From: Candidatus Poribacteria bacterium
Lineage (GTDB): Bacteria > Poribacteria > WGA-4E > PCPOR2b
Reading direction: 5' to 3'
NCBI GenBank assembly: GCA_965208675.1
Contig: OZ242351.1
Coordinates: forward strand, 1,920,001-1,984,000
Length of the DNA: 64,000 bases
Positions 37,454 to 46,921 of the stretch are shown piece after piece. Both the position numbers and the translations under genes were made by a program. Below the pieces are notes generated by a model. It had not been told where the DNA came from. It searched no databases and saw nothing but the letters and a program-made list of their open reading frames with translations. The first letter of the stretch is position 1, and every line of letters starts with the position of its first letter.

Positions 37454-38734
37454 TCAGCCTCCTATGCTGTTCGACTGTTGAAAAATTTCTACGGAAGTTC
37501 CGATTGCGGCTTCAAGCTCTATCAACGCCTTGTGGAACGCCGCCAGCGCGTCCAGGTGCGCGAACCTAATCTTGATAAACTCATTCTGCATGAGTATAAC
37601 CTCTAAAATCCCGGCTTGACCTAATTCGTACGCTGTGCGCGTCAGTTCAAGGTTTTCATTTAGCAATTTCAGCAAATCGCCCTCGTAGAATTTGAGATTT
37701 TTTTGCGCAGCCTTCAGTGAAATGAACGCCCCCATCACCTCGCGGGTAATTTGCCGTTCTTTGTTGCTAATTTCAACGGTGTTGACTCCCTGTTCGGCTT
37801 TTGCAACATTAATCCCAACACGATTTCGGTCAAAAACCGGCAATGGAAATGAAAACTTTACACCGAATGCCCGCTCATCTGGGCTACGTTGTGCTATACC
37901 GGCTATACTCAGGTCTGGAATGTTCTCAGATTTTGCCAGCCGAAGTTCCCTGTCAGTCAACTGCGCGTCTAATCGCAGCGACGTTAGGTCTCGTCGATTT
38001 GCCAGAGCGCGAGTCGTTAATGCGTCGAGTGTCAGGGTTTGAAGCTGGTTCACCGGCATGTTTTCTGACAAACTCCCGACTGCGATAGGTGCTGCTTCAA
38101 GCGCGGCGCCCATCAGATTGTTGATTTCAAGTTGTGCGCGCTGCAATTCACCATCTAGTGCGGCCGCGCCGCGCAGCGCCGCTTGCAATTGAACCCTCGC
38201 CAGATTTAGCTGCGTTGCCGAAATATCTCCTGTTTCAAATTGAACCGTAGCGATGTTACGCATGTGTTCGTAGTGCTGAATGACTGCTTCGGTCAGTTTT
38301 AGTTTCTCTTGGACAAGCGCTAAATCGTAAAAACCGAGTTTCACCGACGTAGTGAGCAACCGGGATGCATCTGCGAGCTCAGCATTCACCTTTTCAAGTA
38401 AAATTTTTGCGATTCGTTTCCGGTGTCCGCGCTGCCCTCCGAGTTCAAAAGGTTTTGATAGTTCAAGTCGCTGCTCACCATCTATCCCCCCAACAAACTC
38501 GGTTTCTAGTTCAGGGTTACCAAGCAACGCTATGCCATCAATTCGGGCGCGTGCGACTTTGAGTTTTTCGCGTATCGCGCTAAGTTCCGGGTTGTCACGC
38601 ACCGCCGTCTGGATTGCAGTGTCAAGCGAAATTTTGCCTTCCCCCTCCGAAAAGGCAGTTGGAATTTTCACGGTGCTTAATAAGAATAGGTACATGCTCA
38701 CCATTATGAGAATGCGGCAAGGTGTGGTTTTCAT
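37454..38734 (-). CDS. TolC/CzcC-family outer membrane efflux protein
   Basis: Signal peptide; NPEL, PLPVFDRN and AYELG..ILEV motifs. Confidence 0.92.
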   Translation of the reverse strand: MKTTPCRILIMVSMYLFLLSTVKIPTAFSEGEGKISLDTAIQTAVRDNPELSAIREKLKVARARIDGIALLGNPELETEFVGGIDGEQRLELSKPFELGGQRGHRKRIAKILLEKVNAELADASRLLTTSVKLGFYDLALVQEKLKLTEAVIQHYEHMRNIATVQFETGDISATQLNLARVQLQAALRGAAALDGELQRAQLEINNLMGAALEAAPIAVGSLSENMPVNQLQTLTLDALTTRALANRRDLTSLRLDAQLTDRELRLAKSENIPDLSIAGIAQRSPDERAFGVKFSFPLPVFDRNRVGINVAKAEQGVNTVEISNKERQITREVMGAFISLKAAQKNLKFYEGDLLKLLNENLELTRTAYELGQAGILEVILMQNEFIKIRFAHLDALAAFHKALIELEAAIGTSVEIFQQSNSIGG

Positions 38735-38951
38735 ACGTGATGTTCTCCTCCAAGTGGAATGGACAGATAGACCTATATTTTATTCCGTACGTTTGGGGCT
38801 GTCAACCGCCGCGGGATTCTACTGAACGCCGCTGTTGCGCATACATATAGAACGACGCACGGTTGAAAAAGGCTCATCAAGGCAGCCCACCGCACAATTT
38901 GTGATTAAGCCAGAAGCGATGAAACCGGCGTGTAGATTTTATGAACTAAGT

Positions 38952-39397
38952 TCAAATAAGGAGGGTTGTAGTACGAAGGGATACTAGTGTTGAATTGATT
39001 AACGCCGGGGCGCAGAAAGGCGGCGCGCAGATTGGAATAGTAGGGAAAGGCAGTTGAGATGCCGTTAGACCGACAGCGGAAACCGCGTGGAGAGATTGCA
39101 TGTCTTTGGCGGGAATGACATATGGTTGTTTGTCTAAGGGGAAAAGATGGCGAGATTGACACATGAATCACAGTGGTACGTTTCCGATGCCGCTTCAGCA
39201 TGCATAACATCTTCTTCCGAGTCAAAAGGGTGGTTGTCGGTACACCGCCCGTTAGCACCCACTTCAAGTTCGACGTGACCGTCCGAACCGACACAAAGCA
39301 CGTAGTTGGACAGCGACAACCGTGTAGCAACGATATAAAGCAGCAACCAAATCAAGGGGATAGCGACGCGCTTCTTTGACACCGCTTGAGATTCCAT
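38952..39397 (-). pseudogene. Frameshifted Cys/His leader protein upstream of the RND operon
   Basis: ORF 39134-39397 (TM, VLCVGSDGHVELE, HCDSC) joins ORF 38952-39164 (..SLRTTTLLI) across TTTTCCCC at about 39140. Confidence 0.65.
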
Positions 39398-39530
39398 TCT
39401 AGTTGTCTCGGGAATTGGCTGAAGTTACTGTGAGACTCATTTTGACAGCGGTTGTTGGATGCGCTGCTGCTCGCGAAACTCGCTTCTATTTTGTATTGCG
39501 CTGATGGTTCAGCGTTCGCCGTTTCATATA

Positions 39531-40150
39531 CTACTCGACGTTGTTGTAAATTATACTCTTGTCAGTAACGAGCGTTGAGATTTTACAATTAATATGACTT
39601 GAGACCCAATCTTTATAACCTATGAATGACGGTTTATCAAAGATTTTAGCTAAGACCTTACCGCCTCTTTGTAGCAAACCCACCACTGAAACTTTAACAT
39701 CAGTCCACCTATTCTTCTTTTTCCATTTTGCCCGCCTACCTATATATGCTTCATCAGCTTCATTGATGCCAGATAGGACATGGTCATTCTCGTCTATAGC
39801 TTTTCTGATTTTCATCATCATACTCAAGCAAGTCTTCTGGCTCATATGTAGGTGTTCAGCCATTTGACAGCTAGAGATTCATTTTTTAGCATTAATCATT
39901 AGAGCTATTGCGAGAAACCAATTAGGCAGGGGTACTTTCGTACCATGAAAAATAGTTTTGGAAGTCGTAGATAATGATGAGTTGCAATGGTAGCAATTCC
40001 AAAGTGGAGAAATAATATGACGATATTTTCTACCAACTTTTAGCGAGCCACAATGAGGGCAACAAAATATTTTGGGAAACCGTTTTTTTTCAATGAATTT
40101 AAGGCAGGCTTCCTCAGTATAAAATTTTTGCTAACATTGAATAAATCCAT
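39531..40150 (-). mobile_element. IS1595-family transposase remnant, frameshifted and 3'-truncated
   Basis: Hand translation: TEEACL..CPHCGS..C..C..TIFHGTKVPL..WFLAI..ISSCQMA..EADEAYIG..LVTD; at least two 1-nt frameshifts; low GC. Confidence 0.88.
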
Positions 40151-40280
40151 AGTAAAAGTCCCGAAAGTATTACTATAGATATTTACGTTTGAGCGAACGT
40201 TACCATTGTGAAAGGAAAACTAACAAAATTAACTCAACAAGAGATTTCGTTTAAGATATGACAAAATTGGTGGGAAGCAT

Positions 40281-40538
40281 TTATTCTGAAGGAACATTCC
40301 ACCATTCAGTTTGGTTTATGCCATGATGCTCATAAAGATGCCGATTAAACTGAATATTCAACGTGTTAATTTGGGCTTCAATATTCTTGGTAAATTTAAC
40401 AGGCTTAATAACCCAATTCCACATTATATTGATTATAGTTAATGCACCGACTACAATCAGAATTAAATCCTTAGTGTCCCCTAATTCCACGCGATAAATC
40501 CTCTCGTTTAATATCTTCGGGTCGTCGGGTAATACCAA
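40281..40538 (-). CDS. Small membrane protein, phage-like (start may be the internal GTG)
   Basis: One TM helix followed by a short coiled-coil-like segment; overlaps the upstream ORF; low GC. Confidence 0.45.
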   Translation of the reverse strand: MVLPDDPKILNERIYRVELGDTKDLILIVVGALTIINIMWNWVIKPVKFTKNIEAQINTLNIQFNRHLYEHHGINQTEWWNVPSE

Positions 40539-40740
40539 CCATAATTTCGTCAGGAAGAAATCTAAAGGTGAAACCTTCTACCCTACCATATTGAACTTTG
40601 CTCTTATCACAGATTCCATTAGAATTAAGAGCCTCAATTACATAACGCTTTGAAGCAGTTTTTCTAACCATGATTTTACGGTTTGATTTAGCCATTGTAA
40701 CCCACCTCCCCGCTACCTTAAACCAAACCATATCTGCCAA
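40471..40740 (-). CDS. Hypothetical small protein
   Basis: 89 aa ORF in an overlapping three-gene run in low-GC DNA. Confidence 0.45.
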   Translation of the reverse strand: MADMVWFKVAGRWVTMAKSNRKIMVRKTASKRYVIEALNSNGICDKSKVQYGRVEGFTFRFLPDEIMVGITRRPEDIKREDLSRGIRGH

Positions 40741-40904
40741 ACATTATCGTCTTCAAGTTTGAAAGATATTTCGCGAACTTCGCTAATGGTAGCTTTCTTT
40801 GAATCGCTTATCATCAAATCCTCGTCACCGTGTAATTCGGCAATAAACTTTTCGCCGTCTCTATACACAACAAACTTTAGCGAGCGTTCAGGCTTTTCAT
40901 TCAT
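40713..40904 (-). CDS. Hypothetical small protein
   Basis: Strong SD AAGGAGG before ATG, and a TTGACT-N18-TATTAT promoter-like sequence upstream. Confidence 0.6.
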   Translation of the reverse strand: MNEKPERSLKFVVYRDGEKFIAELHGDEDLMISDSKKATISEVREISFKLEDDNVWQIWFGLR

Positions 40905-41338
40905 GGCAACCTCCTTATTGAATAGGTGCGTATATAATACACTATTTTACACATTTAAGTCAAGAGTTTACAACTGTAAACCCAATTTTGTTAGCAGTTT
41001 ACAACGTAGAGTATCATTGTCATGAGTAAATCCCCCCTGTAGTTTACCACTGCAAAGGTATTGCCTCAAGTTTACAATTATCAATATAATTCAAGAATTC
41101 ATTGAACATTCTAAAGTTAAATGCTCAGAGTTAAAGCTAGGAATTACTGATCGCCAGAAAAACTGGTGCAAGTTGCACAGCAACTGCGGTTTGCTTTTGG
41201 CTGTTGAAGCGTTCTTTACCTCGAACAACACGGATACGTTATGAAAGCGGTGGCAAAGAAACACAAGTGAATCTGAGATTTAATGATTGCCGAGAAAATC
41301 TTCTTAACCCTCGCATTTCTCGATTGAGGAACTGTGTG

Positions 41339-41923
41339 TCAGGGTTTCCAATCAATGTGATCATTGACATTGTATTCCTCGAAGCCTTCAAGAATGTAAC
41401 GACAGAATTCCTCGGTTTCACGATCGCCTTCGGTTTTTGCAAGTTCATACAGCCGAATGAACATTTTCTTACCTGTTTCAGTCTGCTTGTAATTTTTCTT
41501 ACGGAAATTATGAGTTGCACAAAGGGTTTGACCGTTCTCGATAGTTGCTCCGCCACCTAAGTCTTTCGGCTTGATATGGTCCGCATGGATTTCGACGCCA
41601 TCGAGTCGTCCTTTCCCGCATATCACACAGCGGTAGTTGTCTCGCTTTAAAATCTGCTCTTTTTGTGCGGCTGTGAAATCTTCTAATTCAGGGTTAGTAA
41701 CTAGTTCGGGATCGTATTTATAAACACCCTTCCGAAGTTTTACCAGTTTCCCTTCTTGAGACAATTTTCTGATTGCCCTATCGGGATCTCTAAAAGTTTT
41801 ACCTGTCCTATTTGGGTATTCGCTGGTTAACCAGTCCACGACTTCCGGATGCGCAATAGGACGATTCGGATTCTTCACAAAATACTCCATCACTAGGTCA
41901 GCTTGAGTAATCGTTTTTGTCAT
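41339..41923 (-). CDS. HNH endonuclease, probable type II restriction enzyme
   Basis: RDNYRCVICG..HADHIKP..GG..NGQTLC..HN; ATGA overlap with the upstream methyltransferase. Confidence 0.88.
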   Translation of the reverse strand: MTKTITQADLVMEYFVKNPNRPIAHPEVVDWLTSEYPNRTGKTFRDPDRAIRKLSQEGKLVKLRKGVYKYDPELVTNPELEDFTAAQKEQILKRDNYRCVICGKGRLDGVEIHADHIKPKDLGGGATIENGQTLCATHNFRKKNYKQTETGKKMFIRLYELAKTEGDRETEEFCRYILEGFEEYNVNDHIDWKP

Positions 41924-42744
41924 TCGGATTCCCTCAACATTGTAAACAAACCTCTACTATCCAAAATCCGTTTTCGAGCTAATTCGCAATAACCGCTGTC
42001 AATTTCAACGCCAACACCGATGCGCCGGTTATTGTGTGCTTCTACTAAGGTTGTTCCGCTGCCTAAAAAGGGATCGAACACAACGTCTCCGACGTAGCTA
42101 AACAACTTTATGCAACGATAGGGTAACTCACGCGGAAAGGGAGCGGGGTGTCCAACCCGTTTCTTGCTCTCGCCATTGAATGTCCACACGCCATTTGTCC
42201 ATTCCATAAATTCATTGCGTGAAATGTCTGACTCTTTACTGCCGAACTCTTTCTTCCAATTCCCCTTATACAAGATGACGATCAGCTCAACCGGGGCAAT
42301 GACAAATGGTGCGGATGCGGACATCCAAGAGCCCCACGCCGTTCGACGAGAGATGTTTCCTTCATTCCAAACAATCGTGGCGTGGTAGTTCCAACCCACG
42401 CTCTGCGCAATTGTAGTGAGATCAGCCCCCACGCTACGGTGCCCACCCTTGTTTTTATCGAGTGGAATATTCAGTAACATGCGAGCGTGCGGTTTACTCC
42501 ATTTGTAACAATTCCCTATCCACTGCCTACTAAAATCCAAGTAATTTTCATAACTTATCGCGTCATCATTCGAATCGTAATCAATACCAACATTGTAGGG
42601 CGGTGATGTAACGATTAAGTCAATAAATTCTCCTGTAAACAGATCGAGTTGACATGTGTCGTCATTGATAATATACACACCCAATTCCTCAAAGAAAGGA
42701 GCGACTTTGAAGTGAGCGTGTTTATCCAACTCTGGGCTTTGCAT
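41920..42744 (-). CDS. DNA N6-adenine/N4-cytosine methyltransferase, beta class
   Basis: TSPPY precedes HPAPFP and DPFLGSGTT. Confidence 0.93.
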   Translation of the reverse strand: MQSPELDKHAHFKVAPFFEELGVYIINDDTCQLDLFTGEFIDLIVTSPPYNVGIDYDSNDDAISYENYLDFSRQWIGNCYKWSKPHARMLLNIPLDKNKGGHRSVGADLTTIAQSVGWNYHATIVWNEGNISRRTAWGSWMSASAPFVIAPVELIVILYKGNWKKEFGSKESDISRNEFMEWTNGVWTFNGESKKRVGHPAPFPRELPYRCIKLFSYVGDVVFDPFLGSGTTLVEAHNNRRIGVGVEIDSGYCELARKRILDSRGLFTMLRESE

Positions 42745-43025
42745 ATGAATCCATCTCCCAATCCGGTTGCAGATTGACTGAATTGAAGGATTTAGCGGAT
42801 TGTATCGTCAAATATATATTACATCAAATTTATCTCCGTTTGTCAATGGTTTCTTCAGCGCATGCGCCATTCAGCCTTGAAATTTTCAAAAGACATTATG
42901 ATGAAATAAACATTACTTCAGTCAAACTCTACAGACTCTTCTGAGACGTAATGCCGGGCACACGTAAACGATCAATTCGGCCAACTACGGGATAAATGAA
43001 ATCCGTGAGAATTTCACTCCCAACC

Positions 43026-43607
43026 TTATCGTTTTGTGGCACTACTTCGAGCCTTTAAATTTTTGAGTATATTACCCAATACAGTTTTAAGAATACTTCT
43101 CTGCGTCGAAATCAAGTCGGGAATGTTTACCTCCTTGAAACAATCAGGCCTGCCGTCCGCATAGGCTGTACCCAAAGTATACCCTTGGTTATCTATTGAT
43201 ACGCGGGTAATGAAGTTAAATGTCTTCCGTTTACCCGACCCGCGTTTTGTAGGATGCCCGACACTATCGTTGCGAATGTCCCGTATATGCTTTAATGATG
43301 AATCAAGGGTGTATGGAAATTGAAGAGCTTCAGCCAAATGCTCAACCGCATCTTGTTGCACAAAAAGAGCCTGTAAAGTTCCGTATAAATACATGTATTT
43401 TTTGCCATCATCAAGATGTTGGTTTTCAGTTTCAATTGAGATGTCTGTCATAAGAAACGAATCCAAGCAACTGTTTGAATCTTCAATAACATCTAAAGAA
43501 CTACACAACATGCGCCAACTGCCCGCATTCTGTGACAAAACACCTTTGAGTTGGGATTGATTGATTGTATCACGGATCATATTGGTGATTTTATCAATTG
43601 TTTGCAC
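43026..43607 (-). CDS. Hypothetical helical protein with HEPN-like Rx5H motif
   Basis: SD GAGG before GTG 43607; IRDIRNDSVGHP; low GC. Confidence 0.6.
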   Translation of the reverse strand: MQTIDKITNMIRDTINQSQLKGVLSQNAGSWRMLCSSLDVIEDSNSCLDSFLMTDISIETENQHLDDGKKYMYLYGTLQALFVQQDAVEHLAEALQFPYTLDSSLKHIRDIRNDSVGHPTKRGSGKRKTFNFITRVSIDNQGYTLGTAYADGRPDCFKEVNIPDLISTQRSILKTVLGNILKNLKARSSATKR

Positions 43608-43802
43608 TGTAATTTCCTCACGAAAAAGATAAAATATAGGATTCCTTAGGTCCAGTGATAACTCACCGATCAATGTTAGACCTGACCTTCCCACACTTGT
43701 CAAAAATTCCTTCGGCCCATGCAATTCCGCCTTACGAATTCAATACTCACCTCAAACTCCTTCAAGACATCCGTATCGTAACTCACAATGAATTAGGCGA
43801 CT

Positions 43803-44576
43803 TTAGGATTTTCGAAGTTTGAGTGCATCTGCTTTTAAACGATCGAGCTCAAGGTGGTAGATGCCGACAAGTATATCGCCCTCAAACTTTTGTCCAACAC
43901 GAAAGGTGCCGCGAAGCGAAATTGGCACATCTTGATAGCTGCGGATTTTCTTTTTTTGCGGAACCTCTACATACACCCATTCGTTAAGAAGCGGGATTGC
44001 GCCGAAACAGCATGCCATTTGGTCTTTGAGCAACACGAAAGTTCGAACGTTATCGAATTCACCTTCAAGCGGCAACATGAACCCTTCAATCTCAATTTTC
44101 GACCCGTTCAACGCTCTTATTTGCGGCGGAATTTCCTCGTCGAGGTTCAGCGTGGCGACGTAATCCGGATCGTCCAATCTTGCCCAGTTTGGCTCCCTGA
44201 TTCGATAGCTAGTGAGCGTATTGAAGGTCAGTGATTCATATTCGCCCGTGCGCTTGCCAATCCGTTCAACTTCAACTTTTGGAGGCTGGGAGTCCGGCAC
44301 CGCGCCCGGCTGCGTATCCACACTAATCTCCGACGCGGGGTTCACGTCCTCGCGCGGTTTGGCATCGCCAGATTCTGCGACCGCCAGCGGGGCACCCTGT
44401 ACGTCAACGTGCTTAACGATTGACGCTGATTGACCGCTTACCTTCCTAAGGGCGCGAATCGGATGTGGTTCCGGTAACATTTGAGAAAGACCGAGCGCCA
44501 GCGCAACAACAACTACACTCGTAATTGCAAAAGGAAGCCAAGAGCTTCGTCGTTTCTCCGTTTTAAGCTGCTTCAT
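43803..44576 (-). CDS. DUF3299-like membrane-anchored protein
   Basis: LNGSKIEIEGFMLPL..FVL..ACCFG..P..NEWVYV. Confidence 0.8.
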   Translation of the reverse strand: MKQLKTEKRRSSWLPFAITSVVVVALALGLSQMLPEPHPIRALRKVSGQSASIVKHVDVQGAPLAVAESGDAKPREDVNPASEISVDTQPGAVPDSQPPKVEVERIGKRTGEYESLTFNTLTSYRIREPNWARLDDPDYVATLNLDEEIPPQIRALNGSKIEIEGFMLPLEGEFDNVRTFVLLKDQMACCFGAIPLLNEWVYVEVPQKKKIRSYQDVPISLRGTFRVGQKFEGDILVGIYHLELDRLKADALKLRKS

Positions 44577-44592
44577 CGCATTCGCCTCCTAA

Positions 44593-45114
44593 CTAATGGT
44601 GATGATGTTCACCGTGCTCACCCTCGTTGCCTTCGGGAAAATCAAAATCAACGTCAGTGAAGTGCTGCCCCTTCACCGAAATTGACGTGATTTGCGCGTG
44701 AAAATCCGTCACGCCCTTGAGCGCGTCGGATTGTCCCTCATATTGAGAGGTATCACCTTCGGTTTCTCCTGTTAAAACGTTTGCAGCGGCTTTGAGTTGC
44801 AAAGTAATTGACTGCCCAGATTTCAACCGATTTAATTTGAGTTCGATGGTGTTCTGCGTGAGGCGCACCGGTTTTTCCGCCTCGCTATCTAGGACATAAC
44901 CGGTGAGTTTTCCGGTCTTTTCTTCCAGGACAAGTTCAACGTGCGCGAACTCTTCGCCCAACACGACCAGTGTCCCACCGTGCGGCGCCGTATGATGATG
45001 GTGGGCATCTGGCTTCTGTTTACCGTCGTGCGTTCCTTTTTTCTCGCAACCGGATTGGACGACGGCAATTGCTAAAATCGACATCAATGCCGCGATTGCG
45101 TTTTGGAGTTTCAT
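44593..45114 (-). CDS. His-rich putative metal-binding lipoprotein
   Basis: Lipobox QSGC; HHHHTAPHGG..HVELV; C-terminal HGEHHHH. Confidence 0.82.
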   Translation of the reverse strand: MKLQNAIAALMSILAIAVVQSGCEKKGTHDGKQKPDAHHHHTAPHGGTLVVLGEEFAHVELVLEEKTGKLTGYVLDSEAEKPVRLTQNTIELKLNRLKSGQSITLQLKAAANVLTGETEGDTSQYEGQSDALKGVTDFHAQITSISVKGQHFTDVDFDFPEGNEGEHGEHHHH

Positions 45115-45238
45115 GAGAATTCCTCCTTTTACAAAAATGTGTTAATGGGGAAAGTCAAACGCTTCGCTAAAATTCAGACGTTTCAACACGTTTATATGGT
45201 ATCAATAGCGTATGAAAATGCGTCCAAAGGAGAACCCA

Positions 45239-45373
45239 ATGATTAAAGACTCGCCAATTGTAGAAGAAATTCGCCGCATCAGGTGTGCCCTTTCGGCGCA
45301 ATTTGACCGTGATGTGGATAAATTTATGGACTACGTGACTCAGGGAACATCGGGGCAAGCGGACCTCGTGTAA
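45239..45373 (+). CDS. Small 44-aa ORF resembling DPIVEEVR-type proteins found beside PIN toxins
   Basis: SD AAGGAG; MIKDSPIVEEIRRIRCALSAQFDRDVDKFMDY... Confidence 0.5.
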   Translation: MIKDSPIVEEIRRIRCALSAQFDRDVDKFMDYVTQGTSGQADLV

Positions 45374-45437
45374 CTACGGACGGAATCCCCACCGAATGAG
45401 GCACAGGATACGAACGGCAAGGGTTAGCTAATTGGCG

Positions 45438-45557
45438 TTATAGTCATTTAGGTTAATATTTACACAAGGAGTGATTGACTGATCGATAATCGAGGCTAGG
45501 AAGCCTCTCCCACAAACCAATGCGTAAATGTATAATTTTTAGTTGCAATGACTATAA
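45438..45557. mobile_element. MITE-like element of 120 bp with 11-bp terminal inverted repeats
   Basis: TTATAGTCATT...AATGACTATAA; internal REP-like hairpin GAGGCTAGGAAGCCTC; second copy at 1670. Confidence 0.75.
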
Positions 45558-46805
45558 GTTAGCCGCAACATCCGTCCGATACGCTTTGACGGCAGGCAAA
45601 ACGCCCGCGGCTGCACCTATGAGTATAACACAAACTGGTGCGATTATGAACGCAGGATGAAAACTTAACAGGTCCAATACGATTCCGGTTTGTGCACGAA
45701 CAATTGCCGACGCTGCCGTGAAGATTACGCCGTAAACGATGAAACCGATGACGACGCCCATTGCGGTGATAGATGCGGCTTCCAGCACGATGACGGAAAA
45801 AACCGTTTTCCGGCGCGCGCCGAGTGACCGTAAAATGGCGAGCTCACGCCGGCGTTCGTTAATCGAATTATACACACTTGCGAGAATTGAGCCTGCCGCC
45901 ACCACAACAACAAGATAAGAAACCAGCGCCAAAATTTGGTTCATCCAACCAATTTTATCAAACAGTCTCGCCATCACCGCGCCTATCGGCCATGCGAGAG
46001 TTGCCGCCTTACCTTGTTTATTTATTGTGGCGTCCATCATGAAGCCGATTTGCGGATTGCGAAACTTGATCATAACGGCACTGACCTCTTTGTGCTCGTC
46101 GGGGATTTCTTGACCGGGTTGAGCAACATAATCCTCCCCACTTCCGCGCAACACATGCCCCTCCATCCGGTAAATCCCTTCAATCGGAATCCAGATGACG
46201 CGGTCAGACGGAGAATTGGTCGGTTTAAGCACACCGACGACGGTATATTGCTCGTCATGCCGCATCGACTCATCAAATACTAATCCGTGATAGGGGTTAA
46301 AGTTATCGCCTACCTTCAAGCCTAACTTATCCGCGGTATAGCTTCCCAAAACCGCTTCTTGCCGAGCCGGATTGAAAAAACGTCCGCCGCCTTGAGTCTG
46401 AAATCGAACACCATCACGGTACTCAAACTCCGTGAATAACGTCCCAGTGGTGCCGACGATGCGGAATCCGTGATAGTTGTCTCCGAGTGCGTAAGGCACG
46501 GCGAGTTCGACGCGTGGGTCGTCTCTCATCGCCTGATACATCGCCCATGGGATATTGCCGGGTGAGGTTTCGAGATGAAAGACGGTGTTCAATACGAGTT
46601 GCAGCGGGCTGCCGCGCGCACCGATAACCGCATCAAAGCCGATCTGACCGCCCGTAAAGGCGGCTACAGATTGCGCTTTGATACCGATGACAGCCATAAC
46701 GAGCCCGGTTCCGAGCGCTACCGACAGCGCAGCGATAAGCGTCGATAGGGCGTGTTGCCGCAGGCTGCGTCGAACGATAAATAACAAGCTCACGCGTTTT
46801 TTCAT
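45552..46805 (-). CDS. MacB/FtsX-type ABC permease (ZrgC-like)
   Basis: GARGSPLQLVLNTVFH, LGDNYHGFRIVGT and ERRRELAILRSLGA motifs. Confidence 0.9.
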   Translation of the reverse strand: MKKRVSLLFIVRRSLRQHALSTLIAALSVALGTGLVMAVIGIKAQSVAAFTGGQIGFDAVIGARGSPLQLVLNTVFHLETSPGNIPWAMYQAMRDDPRVELAVPYALGDNYHGFRIVGTTGTLFTEFEYRDGVRFQTQGGGRFFNPARQEAVLGSYTADKLGLKVGDNFNPYHGLVFDESMRHDEQYTVVGVLKPTNSPSDRVIWIPIEGIYRMEGHVLRGSGEDYVAQPGQEIPDEHKEVSAVMIKFRNPQIGFMMDATINKQGKAATLAWPIGAVMARLFDKIGWMNQILALVSYLVVVVAAGSILASVYNSINERRRELAILRSLGARRKTVFSVIVLEAASITAMGVVIGFIVYGVIFTAASAIVRAQTGIVLDLLSFHPAFIIAPVCVILIGAAAGVLPAVKAYRTDVAANL

Positions 46806-46921
46806 TATTCACGCCAATATTGTGACGCAGGATTTTCAGTACAATGTCAAATGTTCGTGCTCAATGTGGGATTTGGATATGCACACTCGCCGGTTGATGC
46901 GGCGCGCACATTTATATGCGA

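Noticed and set aside
40281-40904. Prophage
   Set aside because: Only three tiny ORFs; no integrase, structural or replication genes
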